DNA of 64,000 nucleotides from Lytechinus pictus (Eukaryota): NCBI RefSeq assembly GCF_037042905.1, contig NC_087252.1, positions 17,858,001 to 17,922,000 of the forward strand, read 5' to 3'. Shown piece by piece: positions 25,812 to 37,900 of this stretch (position 1 is its first letter; each line of letters starts with the position of its first letter). The notes under the pieces were generated by a model. It saw only the letters and a program-made list of their open reading frames with translations, ran no database searches and was not told where the DNA came from. The position numbers and the translations under genes were made by a program.

Positions 25812-26849
25812 GAAAACGCCAGTAAAATATGTGTATACCCTCAGCATGACATTGTGCATGTATCGTCAATTTCTAAAATACAGGACCGATGTTAATACAA
25901 TACAAAACTTGTTCGGGGCAGGACAACTAAATTCTCTGAAATCAATATTGGCATTGCACATGCATCATTCAACGGTGATGCAGATTTCTGAATGATTTTA
26001 TCAGGAGGCAAAGTAACATGCTAAGCTAGTGAGCCTGCTGAATATATCTTAAGTGGGAATGTTAGAAGCCATGAGAGACGCATTTCAAATTTTATGATTT
26101 CACTCCTCCAATCTCACTTAAAAAATCTAAAAAAGTTCCCTCCTAATAACCATCTCTCTTTCTAGTTTCTTCAACGAAAACTAACCACTAGAAAAAGGTT
26201 TTCTTATGGATCAAATCAAGGAACTTTGCACTATTTCTGCCGATGAAAATGTACCTCTTTGAACTGTTAGCAAGGAGTTACCAGGAACTCCTTTGTCTAA
26301 GCAGTGAAGTGCATTGCAGATACTTTTGGACACTGAGTCGAAATATTCAACTTGAAATAATTATTTTTGTCATTTCTGATGATGTCGAGAACAAGGACCA
26401 AAGCTAACAGGATGGACTTGTCATCGTACATACAAGAATACTAAGAAGCTTTCGCAACTGGAATGGGGACGGATTTAGAACACAGCGAAATCAATGACAA
26501 TTTCCGTCAAATTGCAAAGTATGATTGGAAGGTCATTGTACAGGTGACTGCTGTTGATCTCCGCCACATATAAGAGGAAGAAAAAGAAGAAGAAGAAGAA
26601 CTTAAAGAAAAAGAAGCAGTGATTGAAATTTTAAAAAAGATGCAAACTAAGTTGTTTGTCAAGAATCCAGGACGAAACTTTTTTGTTTCATTCAACAATT
26701 TCGACCGAGACTTGATTGTCATTAATGGTGTTTCACAATACATTATTTATGTTCTTGAATTCGTCGTGCGTCGTAGAATCGAAACTCCCTACTGTAGCCC
26801 TTCAACTACCGATAGGCTTACTTCCAAATCAACTACTATCAGGGCGTAG
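25812..26849 (+). pseudogene. Decayed reading frame: tentative gasdermin-like N-terminal region followed by SAM-like domain (copy A)
   Basis: Follows an acceptor-like TTTTCTTTAAAAATGCAG. Frame 3 has only 4 stops in ~143 codons from 25812, and 2 internal stops from 26412 to 26849. SAM-like GWT...IQEY/LRSF...LEHSEINDNFRQIAKYDWKVIVQVTAVDLRHI. Domain identities by eye only. Confidence 0.45.
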
Positions 26850-27554
26850 AATTTTGAAGTGAATTGTATACATTTTCCAAAAACAATATATATAAAATGA
26901 TACAATTGAAATTGATGAATGATATTAGGATGATAGCCCTACTCAGCGGCATTAATCACGGTGATGCTGGTGTACAGAGGGGGACTCTGGAATAAACCCA
27001 AAACCGTTCTTTGTCTTCCACCAAGGTGACCGAAAAACAAACTTACAAAAATACTACATGACTTGCACTGCGCTGCTAGTAAACGAATCCAAATAAAAAG
27101 GAAGTGCGTGAGGAATTAGGCTCTGATTGCGGCTACACAGTGCTCGTTCAGGAAGCATTATATCTATAAAGTCAGCACTAATAGTAGAACCTGTAGCCCA
27201 CTTGTAGGAAACATTTCGTAGAGAGAGTTTGAATCTCGTCAGTTTGACGCAGACAAATCCAAGATAAGATCCCAACGTCGGAAGTTTAAATAGAGAATTC
27301 AGTGCAGATATTGACGACGCTTGTCAATACACAAGCCGAACCTGCTTTTTCTTCTGCGTCTGTGAGATCCCGAACGAAAAACTAACGACGAAAGAGTCAT
27401 AGATTCGAATTGGCGCTGTTTCTAACATTTAAATAATTATACGTAGGCTAAGCTCCAAATGTTGCAGTGGTGAGACGACTGGACAATGTCCTCCGGCTCG
27501 TGCAGGAGGACACAAAGAAAATAATTGGTAAGTTCGCAAACTATCACACTAAAA

Positions 27555-27973
27555 ATGAAGCGTACCAAGCCTGGGGATAACATTACATTATGTTGTAATT
27601 GGTAAAAACGAGAGAAGTTCCAAAATCAAAATCCATGAATATCTGACGAAGAAAGATTTGAACCTGTTAGTACACTCAAGGAAGTAAAACGCGATATCAT
27701 TTAAAGAATTTGTACCGAGGATGGTAAGATAATCGAGAAGAATGTCATTGATGAACTTGATACCACAGCAATAAGGTTCAGACACTCACTTTGTTATCAG
27801 AGGGTCGCATAGGCGTCACTGCTAACTTGAGCTTTAGGGCGACACAAACCTCCTCCGGGCTTCTCAACGAATATATACAGAAAGATGTTCTCATACAAAA
27901 AAATCGGGCGTTCTGAGCAGATGTTGGGATCATTTTGACACCTGTAATTACCACGATGATAACTATAATGTAA
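27555..27973 (+). pseudogene. Second decayed reading frame, possible beta-pore-forming-toxin-like hairpin (copy A)
   Basis: Stop-poor frames with one shift near 27790: FEPVSTLKEVKRDIIxRICTEDGKIIEKNVIDELDTT / EGRIGVTANLSFRATQTSSGLLNEYIQKDVLIQK. Product speculative. Confidence 0.3.
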
Positions 27974-28109
27974 AGATTCTATCGCCAATATTTTGACCAA
28001 CAAACAGAGTGCGCGATCAGAAACCTCCCTGTATACATTTTAACGGTTGTATAAATACACTTGACGGTAGACTGAACTACTCAACTTAAAAAATAATATT
28101 CATTCGAAC

Positions 28110-28358
28110 CACTAGCGTACCTACGGGGGGGGGGGCAGGGGGGCACTCTGCCCCCTTGACGAGCCACAACCCATACAAAAGACATTACCTGCCCCCCTGA
28201 CGAGCTTAAAAAACCTTTTTTGCCCCCCCCCCCTGACGAGCTTGAAGGCCTTTACTGCATGCCCCCCCCCCTGAACTTTAAGACCTTTTTTTTTTTTTTT
28301 CAATTTTTTGGCGGCAGATTTTGCCCCCCCCCTGTGGAAAATCCTTGGTACGCCACTG
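28110..28358. mobile_element. hAT-like MITE, copy-A specific
   Basis: CACTAGCGTACC / GGTACGCCACTG. Perfect 8-bp TSD ATTCGAAC. Empty site in copy B at ~58936-58943. Confidence 0.9.
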
Positions 28359-28376
28359 ATTCGAACTTCATAGAAT

Positions 28377-28853
28377 TTTTTTTTTTTTTTTTAATTTATT
28401 TATTTGGTATTATTTATACAGGGTAACCCCATCAGTAGTCAAATACTGTTGTACTTGGGGGCCCTGTATAACATGGAACAAAACAAAATACAAGCATATA
28501 TACAATACAAATGAAAAATACAAATCCTGAACATATGCAGATGGAAATTTTAAGTATAAATCTAATAACAAAAATTTATGTGTGAAATTGAGAACAATAA
28601 TTTAACCCAGTGCTACAATGAAGTAGAAAGTAATAGGGGAAAGAAATATAGAAGGTAAGGATGAGTTGAGGTAAAAATAAAAGAACACAGCAGAGAGCTA
28701 AAGCGGGAGAAGAAGACACATCACCATTTACACTATAATGCAATAATATAGTCTGAAAATATAATTCTTGCTTATATATTAAAATGGGTGTATCTATACC
28801 TCCAATATGACGATGTGAAGGAAGATTTCGACGTGGAGTTTTTAACTTCATTA
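28377..28853 (-). mobile_element. 5'-truncated L2/CR1-type LINE 3' end, copy-A specific
   Basis: Minus strand reads EVKNSTSKSSF (ORF2-like tail), a UTR with CAGGGCCCCC...GGGGTTACCCTG stem, and a (TAAA)n/poly-A tail. AGAAT flanks both sides. Absent from copy B (CTTCATAGAATAGGCTTA). Confidence 0.75.
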
Positions 28854-31832
28854 AGAATAGGCTTAATAGTCTGATGCATCATTGTATTTGAATGATGCTG
28901 AAAGTTTTGAATACATTACCAAACTATTCATAAATCATGTAAAGAAGTGGGTGGAGCTTGGATGTGTTTAAAATCCAGTTATGTAGACATAATAACGAAA
29001 GATATTATAGTATTTATGACTTACATTTTTCTATCGACCCTTTAGAAATGTTTTTCGAAGTCTTGTACATATACTTTGTATGTGATTTATAGGCAGTCAA
29101 AGAGACATATTCTGTACGAAGTCTAAATGAAATTTTTATTTTTATTTTTTTTCATGAACTTAATTATTGTTTTTCTACCTTTGGACTATAATTTGGACCT
29201 GTAGTTTGAAATTAAATCGTGCATTTACCATCTCGATTTTTAGTTGCCTTTCTTAGTTTTTCTCTCCACCCAATTGTTTGTGTTTGTTCGGGTGGTTGTT
29301 TGTTTTTAGATCATGTACCCGTCAATCATACACAAACTGAACAGTCGTTTGCAGAATATAAGCACTTTCTACACGACACAAATATTGTTAAAATTTACTC
29401 GTTTACCGTACACAGGTAGCTGGTAGGACAAAAGAAAAGTACGATAACTTCATTGCATAATTCATTGCGTTATATGATAAATATATTACAACTTCAAATG
29501 ATGTTCAATGAAAATTGACTCATTATAAGTTGAAAACACTAAAAAATAAATCAACCCAATGATGATAACCAACGGAACTTCACGCGAGAAAATGTTGCAA
29601 CATCCGTTATAAGGTGGGGATTCCCAAATATTAGTACACAGCTCCTCGTCATAATATTTAAGGTTACCAAAAATTTTCTGTAGAATCTGATTTTTTGTGC
29701 TATTTCCCCTATTTTGAGGGTGCTGAACATGAATCTGCTTGTTGCCAAATTTATAAATGCCGTCTTCGACCGTTGCCATGGCAACGGATTAATTTCTAAA
29801 AAATTGCATGTATTCCCCTGTAAATGGTGGATAAACATGATATAAATTAGCCAATAGATTGAATTAAAGGTTCCAATTAAATACAAATGAAATTCAAAAT
29901 ATTTAAGATCATCAAAATGGTTTCAATTGGCCCGTTGCCATGGTAACGGCTCATTTTTCCTCCAGAAAAGTAAAAATTTTGATTTAAAGTTGTAGAATCT
30001 GTGTTTTGTTTCATTTTCCCTGTGTTTAGGGTGTTAAACATAGAAGTGATTTTTGCTAAATGTATAAATACACTCTCATTCCATTGCCATGGCAACCAAA
30101 TAATACCTAATTTGGTAAAAAAAGAAATAACATGGTAAAAAAAGACAATGTCGAGAAATACAATAAAAGCGACCTAATCTACATGCGTTGGGATTTTACC
30201 ACTCATTTAGTGGTAAAAACTACAGTAAGTGTTATGCATGAGTTTATTGGAATGATAGGAATTGATGTTGCCTTGACAATGCTTGAATTTAAAGATAAAT
30301 ATCAATATTGCAAATTGGCCGTTGCCATGGTAACAGCTTATTTTTTCTCAGAAAAGTATACATTTGATAAAAAATATTGTAGAATCTGAATTTTCTTTCA
30401 TTTCCCCTAATTATATGATGCTAGATCTATATGTGCTTGTTGCTAAATGTATAATTACCATCTTAGGCCATTGCCATGGCAACCAAATAACATGGGAGGA
30501 GATAATGGTGGAAAATACCATGAAAATCACAATCTACATGCGTAAGGTTTGAACCATTAAATATTGAACAAAAAATACAGTAAGTGGTCTGCATGAGTTC
30601 ATTAGAAAGAAAAGAATTGATGTGGCCTTGGTAACACTTGCATTTGATATAAATATGAATGTTGCAAACCTCCCATTGCCATGGTAACATCTTATTTTTC
30701 TCAGAAAATTACAAAGTTGAAAAAATCTTCAAATTTTCCTTTCATTTCCCCTAGTTTTAAGGTGCTCAACATACATATGCTTGTTAATGTAAAAATACTC
30801 TCTCGGGCCATTTTCAATTTAGAATTAAATCCAATCCACATAACATATACTCAAATAAATTATCCAATTACACTCATTTTAATGCTGGACAAGTTTTGAA
30901 GAAAAATGGTACTTATTCTGCATGAAATCCAGTATTGTAACTCCAAAATGACCGCAGATAGTCATTTTGAGTATAGTGATTTTGGGTGAAGTGTGCTTTT
31001 TAAAAGTGTTAAATATAATAAAAGGGGGGGGGGCATACACTTGAATGAAAATTTTAAATCTGTCAGGAGGTGACGTGGTCTTGACCTCCTAATCTGAGAT
31101 TATTGCCATAACCAAATTGGCAGGTGGTGTCCATTTTGAAAAAGTAAACTTATAAATATTTTCATAATTTTGGAAATATATGGATCTATATTATGATATT
31201 TCAACAAAACATTGGGTAATCATTAAATATAATTAATCATATTGCACAAGTTTCAAGTCATATGATCAAGGTCAGGTATTTTACGATCACCAAAATTTGA
31301 CCATGTTGTATTATCATCATTGAATCTCATCAAGTTTCTGAAAAGGCAAACCTTTGAGAGTGCGTATATAAATCTATTTCAAGAAAGTTGGACATAAAGG
31401 TATTCAACTATCACATCATTGTGCATGAGTTTCAGGTTAAAGTTATGGTCAATGAACTTTGACTGTACTGTGGTATCAACATCAAAAAAATTACTTAGGT
31501 TTATTATTTTCAAGATAATTAGATATCATGTCACTAGGTGAAGGTCAAGGGTCTTCTGAGGTTAAAAAAACCCTTAGGATTCTATTATTAAATGAATGGG
31601 TTTTTCATGAAAGTCCCACATTGAGTCTACATTAAAAAATTGAAAAATTTTACCTTTGTTTCCTCAAAAGGACAATTATATCTAATAGGAGGAGGCCAGG
31701 ATTATGTCAATTTGCCAAATAAACTTTGGAGTTGAATTATCTTGAACAGCTTTCTATTAAAATAAATACATACATTTTAACATGTATAGCACTTCATGTA
31801 AACATGCTCAAAGCACTTTCCATTATAATTGT

Positions 31833-32090
31833 GGGGGGGGGGGCGTCGTCTAGTGGTTAAGACTCTTTCTTTCAATCTGAGGGATATGGGTTAGATTCCC
31901 AGCCAGGGTGTGTTTTCCTTCAGTAAGAAATTTATCCATATTGTGCTGCATATTGTGCTGCCAGGTGAGGTAAATGGGTACCTGCAGGAAGTAAGTCCTT
32001 AAAAAGCTGTGAGCACCGGATGCGGTAGTCTAGCTTAGCCGGGGTAATATAGGAGCACTATACAAATCCTATATTATTTTATTTATTATC
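31833..32090 (+). mobile_element. tRNA-derived SINE
   Basis: Box A-like GTCTAGTGG and box B-like GGTTAGATTCC, body with CCAGGTGAGGTAAATGGGTACC, TATTATT tail. Confidence 0.8.
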
Positions 32091-32329
32091 ATAAAAATGA
32101 ATAATTCTACTTTTCAAGTGCTTTCAATACATAAAATGGAGGTTACAAATAAAATTCATAGGTTTGTAAGCTTTAAAAAAAAAAAATTGTACAGAAGGAC
32201 ATGAACGGATTTTGAATATTGGGACCAGTGAAACTTATGCACTGTTAACCTAAGTTGGGGGATAGAAAAGGGTCTGTAAACAAAAACCCAACATGAAATG
32301 TATTGTGGTGTCAGATTATTAATGGACAA

Positions 32330-32590
32330 GTAAACAAAGCAATTTTTTCTATAATTCTGTTTTTGACCAGTAGCAAGTGAATCTCTTTGAACAAAGGAAA
32401 CACATGATCATACTTTCTGGCCGTTGAAATGGTACCGACTGCTCGATTCTGAATGTGCTGTAGTGACTATTATCTAGGCAGCTGAACATCAGTTCAAAGT
32501 GTCCCCAAGTGATTATAAATACGAAGTAAAAAGTAAAGGTCCCAGTACAAAACCCTGAGGTACGCCATATTGCAACCCATGACCCTTTTT
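32330..32590 (-). mobile_element. L2-type LINE RT fragment
   Basis: Minus strand LQYGVPQGFVLGPLLFTSY and KSLQHIQNRAVGTISTARKYDHV. Confidence 0.75.
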
Positions 32591-33529
32591 TCTTAATGGC
32601 TACCGACCGCGATTCGTTTTAAAGGCAAGGTCAATTTGTCAAAGGTAGTTCAGATTTTGATTTCTTGACTCTAAAACCCCCAAATAAATATTTTGAACAA
32701 CTCTCTATCAAAATGGAATCACCTCCTAAAGTTGTCATTTTTCAAAATGACAGGCAGCTGTCAGTTTGAATTTTTCATGGCAGTAATCTCTGATTAGGCG
32801 GTCAAGTTTAGGTCAGTTAACTGTGTGGACTTAAGATTTTAATTTCCTAACCTCAAAAATCCCCATGTTGCTATTTTAAAAAGCTAATTTATACCACTAA
32901 TCAACCCAAATTCCTTTCTTTTTCAAACTGGCCACCAGCAGCCACTCTGGATATTTTAATTATACTAAAGTCAATCTCTGTTCAGGAGGTCAAGATCACT
33001 TCAACTCATCAAATAGACTTAAGATTTTGATTTCCTTTACCCCTATAAAACTCATTCTTTATAATATTTTTATCAGCTTTATAACAAAATCCACCCAAAA
33101 TTTCTTTTTAAAATGGTTTCCGGCAGCCATTTCAAAGTTTTTATACGAATTTTATGGTCAGTTTTTCTTCATACAATTAATTGTCCAGAAACACATTATA
33201 CATGAATGTGATTGGCAAATTTATTTTATCCCATTAACCAATAGCTTTAAGATATAGACATTTGTGACCCTTAAATTGGCAGCCACCTTGGAGTTTGAAT
33301 TTGGAGGTAATTCAATTCAGCAAATAGATGTCACATGTCAATCTCTTGAAAACTTTACCCCTAAATCAATATTTCTGTCAGATTACTAGGCCAAATGGCC
33401 CTAAATATTCTCAAAATGGTCTCTAGCTGAATTCTCCCTAATTTCACAAACCCTTAGAAAAATTGGCATACTGGCTATTTTTTTATAAAATTTATTAGAG
33501 CACAAATGGTCAAAAACAGATCTTTACAC

Positions 33530-35410
33530 TCCACATTCCTCACTTGAACCTAGGAAGTGATTCGCTAGGTCCACAGGAGAGCTTGTGCGTCACAGACTGT
33601 AGATGGTTGGACCATAGGGTGACCCTTTGGTTGTGAGCAGAGCCATCAAGGGAATCAGTCGAGTGAAGGAAGCTACATCTTGTTTTGAATCTCTTTTTGG
33701 CAGGTTCATAGTTAAAGAGTGGATGAAGAGGGTGATCTTCTTGCTTATTTTTGTCCACCTTTGCTGACACCTATCTTCTGATGTGTGAATGGACAATACC
33801 ACACAGTAGGTAGAGATCATCTGCTCTTGTTTTGTCGCAGCCAGTAATTGCTCTGCAAGCAGCATTCAGGTCTGCATCAATCTTTGCAGCATGTGATGAT
33901 CTAAAACGGATGGGGACTGCATACTCCGCAGTCTAGTAGCATAGAGCAAGAGCTGTTGCACGGATGGTTATGGCATCTGTTCCCCGTTTTTTATGTTGGC
34001 AAGCTTCTTCAGGATGCTGTTCCTTGCTCCAACTTTAGCCTTTGTCTTGGAAACATGGTCTTTGTAGGTAAGGGAACTGTCTAGGGTGGCGTCAAGGTAG
34101 ATTGGCTTACTGGTGTGTTCCAACCATTTTCTATACCATCTGAACCTCAGTTACTGGTCTGCATCTCTGTTCTTTAGGTGAAAAGCACTGAGTTGGGTTT
34201 TTTTCTGGATTTGCTCAGAGATGATTTGCAGCGTAGTAAGAAGTCAGGCCTACCAGAGCATTGCTGAGTGCTTTTTCATCTCTTCAAAGGACTGTTTCTG
34301 TGAAGCAATGCAAATGTCATCAGCGTACAGGTAGCTCTCATTATTTGGTGGATTGGTTGGTCATTTGTGTAGATGCTAAAGAGTGGGACGATGATGCTTT
34401 CTTGTGGGAGACCTTTGTGTGTCAGCCATCTGCTACGGGAACCACTGAGATTCACAAAAACTGCTGATTTGAGAGCATGCTCTGAATCATCTGTGTCAGC
34501 TTAAGCCTTCCTTTGTCATCTCAAAGACTTTCCTTGTGAGTATTCGATGATTGTGTCATAAGCTGCAATGAGGTCAACAAAGGCTGCTCCGGTTATCAAC
34601 CCTTTCTCGAAGCCACCATCTTCAATGTACTGTGCCAGATTCAGCAGTTGACTAGTACAGGACTTTCCTGGCCTAAATCCTGCCTGTTCTGGAATGAGGA
34701 GCTCATCCACCAAGGGAGCAATGTGGTTGAGTAGGAGCCTTTCAAAGATCTTGTATGCGTGACAAAGCAGAGATACTGTATGGGCAGGTAGCTCTTTGCG
34801 TTGGCTGTTTTTTTTTGCCTGGCTTGAGTAAGGCAACTACCCTTGATTTCCTCCGTAAGTTTGGCATTGTGCTTTCACTCAGACAGTAGTTTAGCATGTC
34901 AAGCAGCCGTTGGAGTGCAACAGGTCCAAGATGTTTCATCTGCTCACAGATCGAGGACATCATCCAATCCAACTGCCTTGCTGATCTTCATTGCATTGAT
35001 AGCATTGCACAAGTCGTTCATGCTGAAAGGTCTTGTGAACTCAGATGACTCTTGGCAGGCTGTCCGCACACTTTTAGGTTGGATCTTCGCTGGTGATTAT
35101 GAGGGTTACCTTGGCTGTTCACTAGAAGCTGGTTGGCCACTTGGCCGGCGGTAACTTGGGACCTAGATTGGGACTTTGTAGAGTCATTCCCAAGGATCCG
35201 AATCTGGTGTTTCTGCCGGCCCTGAGTATAGCTTGTACGGCATTCTTGTGGAATATTCTTCCTTCATGATTTCTTCAGCAGCTCTAAAAATGTGTCGTAA
35301 TGAGTAGGGAGTGCAGGGAGGTTCTGAAGATATGTATCCAGATCTATGGCAAACTGCTCACAGTTTACTTTCTTCAGGTTGAAAGTCTGCAGAAGGGAAC
35401 TTTGCGAGAT
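33530..35410 (-). mobile_element. Degenerate non-LTR retrotransposon RT region (Ingi/Vingi-like)
   Basis: SLLCHAYKIFERLLL...EQAGFRPGKSCTSQ...AFVDLIAAYDT; PIYLDATLDSSLTYKDHVSKTKAKVGARNSILKKLA; IRATALALCY; C-terminal HPLH. Frameshifts and stops. Clade call from motif memory. Confidence 0.85.
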
Positions 35411-36409
35411 TAGTTCGTTTTTACTGTACATTCCACCATTACCTTTTTCAACATGTTATTTTTTACCAAATAAGTTGGTATTTGGTTGCCATGGCAATGG
35501 TCTGAGATGGTACTTACATATTTACCAACAAGCATATTTTTTTTTAGCAACCTAAACTTAGCGGAAATGAGCGAAAAAAATGTGACTCTATATGTTTTTA
35601 TCAAAATTTGTTCTTTTCTGAGAAAAATAAGATGTTACCATGGCAACGGGCCATTTGCAACATTGATATTTATCTTTAAATTCAAGCATTCTCAAGGCAA
35701 CATCAATTCCTATCATTCCAATAAACTCATGCATAACACTTACTGTAGTTTTTACCACTAAATGAGTGGTAAAAACCCAACGCATGTAGATTAGGTCGCT
35801 TTTATTGTATTTCTCGACATTGTCTTTTTTTACCATGTTATTTCTTTTTTTACCAAACTAGGTATTATTTGGTTACCATGGCAATGGAATGAGAGTGTAT
35901 TTATACATTTAGCAAAAGCCACTCCTATGTTCAACACCATAAACGCAGAGAAATTAAACAAAACATAGATTCTACAACTTTAAATCAAAATTTTTACTTT
36001 TCTGGAGGAAAAATGAGCCGTTACCATGGCAACGGGCAAATTGGAACCATTTTGATGATCTTAAATATTTTGAATTTCATTTGTATTTAATTGGAATCTT
36101 GAAATCAATCTATTGGCTAATTTATATCATGTTTATCTACCATTTACAGGGGAATACATGCTATTTTTGATAAATTAATCCGTTGCCATGGCAACGGTCG
36201 AAGACGGCATTTATAAATTTGGCAACAAGCAGATTCGTATTCAGCACCCTAAAAATAGGGGGATAAGCACAAAAAATCAGATTCTACAGAAAATTTTTGG
36301 AATTCTTACTACTTGCCGCCTACTATATGTATCATTCATCGTGAATATACATGTATCAAGATACTAAATATTTCAAAGTAAATTGTACTGTTTCTAGGAC
36401 TATTGTGAC

Positions 36410-36411
36410 AT

Positions 36412-36442
<31 letters not shown>

Positions 36443-36635
36443 GCTGCTGCTTCTACTGCTACTAGTGCTACTATTACTACTACTAATAATAATAATAATG
36501 ACATTAATGCTACTATTACTAAAACACCCGCTACTACTTATACTATTAATAGTATTAATACTACTTCAGCAACAAAAATACATTAACATCAAATAACATT
36601 ACCACTGCTTCTACTACTAATATTACTACTACTAC
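36410..36635. repeat. (TAC/TAA)n microsatellite
   Basis: Direct reading. Paralog at 59825-60050. Confidence 0.9.
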
Positions 36636-37139
36636 AAACCCTTCATCCAAAGGCCCTCCAGGTTTTTTTCCGAAAGGGTGCATTGGGAGCGCCTGTTTGC
36701 CTCTTGTTGACTGGAACCCTATCTTTAGTTGGTCTAATTCCTATTCTGTCTAATCATCAAATAGTCTAAAATAAAACAAACTTTATCTTATACAAATACG
36801 AGGCACAAATCATTAATTTTGGTCCATTGTCGTCTTTTATTAATTTCTTTTTACCACAGTTTGTAGTCTAGTTGGTCATATATTAAACCGAACGATGTTA
36901 GACCATTTTGCCAACTGGCTGTAGGCCAAGTGGAATTATAAGCCGATTCAGACTAATGACTCTTTGATTCGGCTGAAAACTCGGTGAAAAGGGGTTCCAA
37001 CGCTTCCGTCTAGGCAAAGCCCGGGGGCAGACAGAGGGTTGGATTAGGATAGAGTAAGGGGCATAATTCCCCTAAATTGATTTACAAGTTATCATTCAAA
37101 TAGAAGACAACACACATCCCTTAACTTTTCGAAATGTGG

Positions 37140-37900
37140 TATACCATTTTGTTTAATGGAGTACCACAAGGTTCTTTTTTCGGTCCATTTTTTCTGATTT
37201 ATATCAACGGCATGTACTTTGTGCTAAACACATTAAATTACATATTGTTTGCGGATGACACATGTGTTTGTCTATCCCATCGTGATATTGATATCCTAGC
37301 AAAGACTCCTAGACTTTCAAAACTATCTAGTGGGTTTCGAGGTAATATGCTATCACTGAATGGAAACATATTATGATATACATTTTAATTATAGGACGGC
37401 TAATGGTAAGTGTGATTTAAGATTAAAACCTGACTCATTGGAATGTCTGTTAAAATCAACTTTAATGGAACGATCACTTGAAACACATCAGTAAATCATT
37501 TTCTCGAAATATAAACTACACTATATTGAATACATTGAACCTGACAAAATTATATGCATTTTGCACAATAGTCTTATTCTACCTGTTGTGTCATGTTGCA
37601 ATTTTTTTTGGACAATATCAAGGAAAGTCACATATGAAGTTCTTCTGTTGTAAACAAAGCAATTCATATTTTTTGCTAGTTGGTTTGGTTACCCTGACCA
37701 TATTGAACTGCAAAGTCTTGCTGTTGATGATATCCATTTCCTTCAAACTTCCCTTTTAATCTATCGATTTAGTGCCGGAATGTTACCTGCCCGCTTTTCC
37801 ACTAGATTTTCTGTTGCCTTTATATGCCTAGATTATAAGCTAAGAAAACCTTCCATTTTTGTTACTACCAACTGCAGAACATCTCTCAGCAATGTAAACT
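37140..37900 (+). mobile_element. Old CR1/L2 LINE RT remnant
   Basis: GVPQGSFFGP..LIYING...LFADDT. Paralog at 60590-60825. Confidence 0.8.

Larger units (their letters stand above)
29632..36325. mobile_element. Academ-like non-autonomous foldback, copy-A specific
   Basis: TAGTA...TACTA termini and 3-bp TSD TAT (29629-29631, 36326-36328). ~0.9-kb inverted arms (29660-30540 vs 35415-36300). The reconstructed empty site has the same length as copy B at 59731-59748. Confidence 0.8.
17870..37370 (+). repeat. Segmental duplication, copy A
   Basis: Collinear with copy B from the TRIM gene to the CR1/L2 remnant (e.g. 20.7k=48.97k, 21.76k=51.87k, 24.7k=54.7k, 27.1k=57.8k, 29.6k=59.7k, 37.1k=60.55k). 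Confidence 0.95.

Noticed and set aside
30132..30389. Near-identical ORFs MVKKDNVEKY at 30132 (+) and 35836 (-)
   Set aside because: A consequence of the inverted arms of the Academ-like element; no protein features.
31833..31910. tRNA gene
   Set aside because: Degenerate box B, no convincing cloverleaf, and continues into a SINE body and tail.
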